Position numbers and translations under genes: made by a program. Below the pieces are notes generated by a model, which was not told where the DNA came from, searched no databases, and saw only the letters and a program-made list of their open reading frames with translations. A DNA stretch of 63,705 nt, filler included, from Rhabdomonas costata (lineage: Eukaryota), in the NCBI GenBank assembly GCA_019059605.1. It is 29 parts of 29 records of this genome, joined end to end, with 100 filler letters (N's around TTAATTAATTAA, not from the genome) between each part and the next. Parts side by side here need not be neighbours in the genome. Positions count along the whole stretch, not along the records: positions 59,407 to 61,505 come from JAHMHO010005684.1; positions 61,606 to 63,705 come from JAHMHO010005685.1; 27 more parts are not named here. One strand, written 5' to 3'. Numbering within the stretch: the first letter of the stretch is position 1; each line of letters opens with the position of its first letter. Of this stretch, positions 60,501 to 63,705 are shown one piece after another.

Positions 60501-61764
60501 CCGTCGCCCGTCTGTTGGGAAGCGCTCCGTGCTAGCTGGGAGCCGATTCGTAGTTGGAAACCGCGTAACGGTCACCAAGATATTCCTCATACCAAAGGTA
60601 GACAGCCAGGACATCAAAATGTTTCCAGAGACTAGTTTCCAGAGGTTTCAGACAAATTGAATTAACCGGTGCGCAGAGCAGAAGGTAGAATCTCAGCCTC
60701 TCGTAAGCCAAATGCTATGTCAGGCTACTGATCCACAGCTGGGCTAGAGCGCGGAGCAGAGTAGTGCCATGTGAGAGAGACGTATGGCCAATAAAGTGAC
60801 AGTGTGGGAAGACCCCCGGTGAACTGGACGAGGGGGCCGAGATTTCAGAATATTTTCATAGACAATGCCACATGGGATGCAGGCGGAGTAGTCGGACAGT
60901 GTGGTGTGTTACAAACCGGCAGTATGAAAGGTGATGGTCCCTTATTTTGTCTGGGATTTCAAAAATTACGTTTGGTGTTTGGTGCAGAGTTACACAGGAC
61001 AGGGTGTGTGCAGTCGTTTTCCCCTTCCACATCCTTCCCTTTGGGTGGCGATCGTGGAAAGGCATAAGCGGCGAGACCCGCCCAGCGGAACCCCTCCAAA
61101 AACCCAGAAGGTGTGAGCCGTAAGGCCAGACAATTCGAACCCACCTGTGTCCAGAGCAGCCTCCAAGAGCCACACGTGCATCTCACCCCATTCCCCCTCA
61201 TTTGCAGAAGCTGTGCCCCCAAAGGTTTCCAGATTCCAAACCTGCTTGGTAACGATATTGCGGGAACGCTTAAGTAGCTCCTACCGTTGGAGGTGGTGAT
61301 GCCTCCGAGAATCGTCCCTCAAATGGGGAAGTGGGCGCCAACCACTTGAATTTACGGGAGATACCATCCATTGGCCTTTTTTTCGTGCCACAGAACGCTT
61401 CGGGTAATAGGGAAGGTGCGTCGCCGTGTTAGGATTGGAAGGACACTGTAACCGTCCAGGACATGCTACTTGAGAGGCTTGCATGCGTCGAAAGGCCAAC
61501 AAAAANNNNNNNNNNNNNNNNNNNNNNNNNNNNNNNNNNNNNNNNNNNNTTAATTAATTAANNNNNNNNNNNNNNNNNNNNNNNNNNNNNNNNNNNNNNN
61601 NNNNNTTGTGTGTTTCACAATACACGTTGAAGGTAACTGGATGTGGTCTCAACCCGGGTTGGTTTGGCTTTGCCTTTTTTTCCACACTTCAATGTGAGAA
61701 AGCGAGAGACTCCCTTCCTCAGCGCACAGCGTTTATGTGTTTCTGTGTGCGTTTGGTGCTTCAG

Positions 61765-63125
61765 TGCCACGCCACCAAGCCCGAGTCCTCGCGGTACACC
61801 TCCGCTGAGATTTACGTCGTCTGTGTGGGCTTCAAGGCTCCCAAGAAGGTCGACCCAGACTTCTTCAACCCTAAAGCTGTGTTTGCGGAGATCAAGCCCG
61901 ACCAGATAGACGAGCGCAAGGCGGTTTGGGGCGCACCCCCCTCCTCCCTCCACCAGTGATTGATCATTTGTTTGCCAGGGTATGTCAACCCGTTCGAACA
62001 CCGTCACACAAGAAGACCAAAATGGACATCAGCGTCCAAATAATTGGAAACTGTTTCCCCACAGTTCTACCAACCCCGTTTGGTTTTGAACACCAAAGTT
62101 TTCTTCCAGGTATCAAAAAATTTTGGGAGCAGTTCGGACTCCCAGAAGCCTGAGAGAGAATCTGCAAGAAGGGACACCAGAGAAAAAAGAGAGCCCTCGG
62201 CATGCCCGCGGCCTCACCTATTCAAAGCACCGAGTGACCCTGAACACCTTCGCCAAGCCTGACGACAAGAAGAAGAAGCCCAAGGCTGTAGGGTACGGAG
62301 AGAAGTTCCGGGCCCTTGTGTACTCCACCATCTCCGCCACGGACTTCCTCGCCCTGGAGGACCCCTTGGCCGCGGCGGGACAGTACAACACCATCACCTT
62401 TGCCGAGGATGGCAGCGAGGACAGGTCCGGTGGTAAACAATATACTTCCACAGACTTATCGTAACTATGCTGTACTGGAGAGACGCTAGGCGAACACATG
62501 AGAGTCGCCATGCCTTCCTTTGCCCTGCTTGGTGCAGTTTCACAATTTCTCGCGCACCTTCGCAGCCTTTTGGCCTCCTTTGTTTCTTATTTGCTGTTGC
62601 AGAAGACCTGTGCATAAATTAGTGATGTAAGGTAATTTTGTTTTTGAAAGCGAGGTTGTTCCTATCTTGACCTCAATGAGATCTTTTGGACAAGTTAATT
62701 TGCATCCCGAAACCAAGAATTTGTTGTGCTACGAGTCCTATAAAATACGATAGCCTGGCACGTATGCATTTGCTTCTTGCTGAAGCTAAAAACTATGTGT
62801 TCTGAGCATCGGGTGTAACGAACCATCATCTCCTTTCCCACCACAGAAGACCAGTGGTGTGCCGCTGACAGATTAGTTTCAATTGGTTCGGTCATGTTTG
62901 TCTTGCTCTGTCTGCGATGTCACACAACGCGCTCTGCTTTCGTCACCATGCGACACCCCTTCCTCTAGGTTCAAGAACAGCGTCTTCACCACTCCCCTGG
63001 TGCTAACGGCGTGCGCGGACCTGAAGACGGCGAACCGCTTTGACCTCAAGAAGCTGCTGAAATGGCACAAGGCGGTCTCTTTGGAGGAGCGCGGGCGGCA
63101 GGCCCTGCAGCGCGCCCAAGAGGAG
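61765..63125 (+). CDS. SPB1: Pre-rRNA 2'-O-methyltransferase SPB1/FTSJ3, partial; exons 61765-61923, 62228-62424, 62969 to ~63125
   Basis: ATKPESSRYTSAEIYVVCVGFKAPKKVDPDFFNPKAVF; KKKPKAVGY...SATDFL; TT..+..ACADLK...DLKKLLKW. Confidence 0.93.
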
Positions 63126-63705
63126 GCCACCGCCCCCTCTCGGGGCACTTCTGGTGGTGCGTCTTTGTGCTGCCATCTCGCATTTGTGCCTTCTTCGCGA
63201 CGCCCCAGACACCACCCTTAAGTGGGAGTGGGTGCATGCGGAAGAGCGTCGGAATGAATGATTCACTGACCCCAGCGTTGCTGATACACCACCCTCTGCA
63301 CGTTGTGCGGGGAATGGCGTTCAGGCCCTACCTTTTCCTACCTTTTGCTGGAATCGACCGCTACCCAAAGATTTGCAGAAAGATTTCAAAAAAAATTAAA
63401 AAGGTTTGCCACAAAAGGTTCGCTTGTGTGTATGTGCTTTGGCTTTGGGGTCTGCAACAGCTGAACTTCCGGGAGGACTTCCCATGGTCTCCAAAGTGGA
63501 CAACGAGATTACAGAGCTCGAAGAAGAGCTGGTGTGTGTGCGTGTGTCGGGCGCATTGCGGGGGTGTTGCCTGGTTGACTGGTTGCTTGGTTGTTGGTGA
63601 CCACTGTGGACTGACTGGCGCACGCGCTGTTGGCCACGGGTGCTCGCGAGAGGTGCCGTTGGAGCGAACGGTGCCGTGGGGAACCGGAACCGGCTCACCA
63701 CCAAC

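Noticed and set aside
61374..61386. TTTTTTTCG resembling the 3' end of a euglenid spliced leader
   Set aside because: The upstream leader sequence does not match and no SL RNA structure is visible.
2099..61605. Regularly spaced TTAATTAATTAA as a CRISPR-like or biological repeat
   Set aside because: It always sits inside N runs and stops all six frames, so it is a concatenation linker.
1..63705. A gene cluster or operon linking the thioesterase, PhzE-like enzyme, FkbM methyltransferase and glycosyltransferase
   Set aside because: The genes are on different contigs of similar length joined artificially, so their adjacency means nothing.

Overview
This window is not one locus. It is 29 unrelated contigs of about 2.1 kb, joined by 28 artificial ~100-bp spacers (N-run, TTAATTAATTAA, N-run), so nothing that crosses a spacer is biological. 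The DNA is eukaryotic and intron-rich: short GC3-rich exons, GT-AG and several apparent GC-AG introns, microsatellites and decayed retroelements. The very degenerate 5' splice sites, a bacterial-type PhzE/TrpE(G)-like amidotransferase and receptor-like membrane proteins suggest a euglenozoan (euglenid-like) protist; this is an inference only. Splicing the exons by hand gave partial genes for an ACOT7-like acyl-CoA thioesterase, a PhzE/TrpE(G)-like enzyme, DDX51/Dbp6, an FkbM methyltransferase, a NEF1-like membrane protein, an ankyrin protein, DUF229, a NEK kinase, a PPR protein, LCB2/SPT2, a CCCH protein, mitochondrial EF-G, a type II H+-PPase, a DUF266/GT14-like protein, a CID-like two-RRM protein and SPB1/FTSJ3. 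Family calls rest on recalled motifs, not database searches. I found no convincing new multi-gene system, RNA gene or CRISPR array. The best leads are the intron-containing PhzE-like gene, the splice-donor pattern, an unclassified dispersed coding repeat, a dispersed hairpin element and a zinc-finger ORF nested in an intron.
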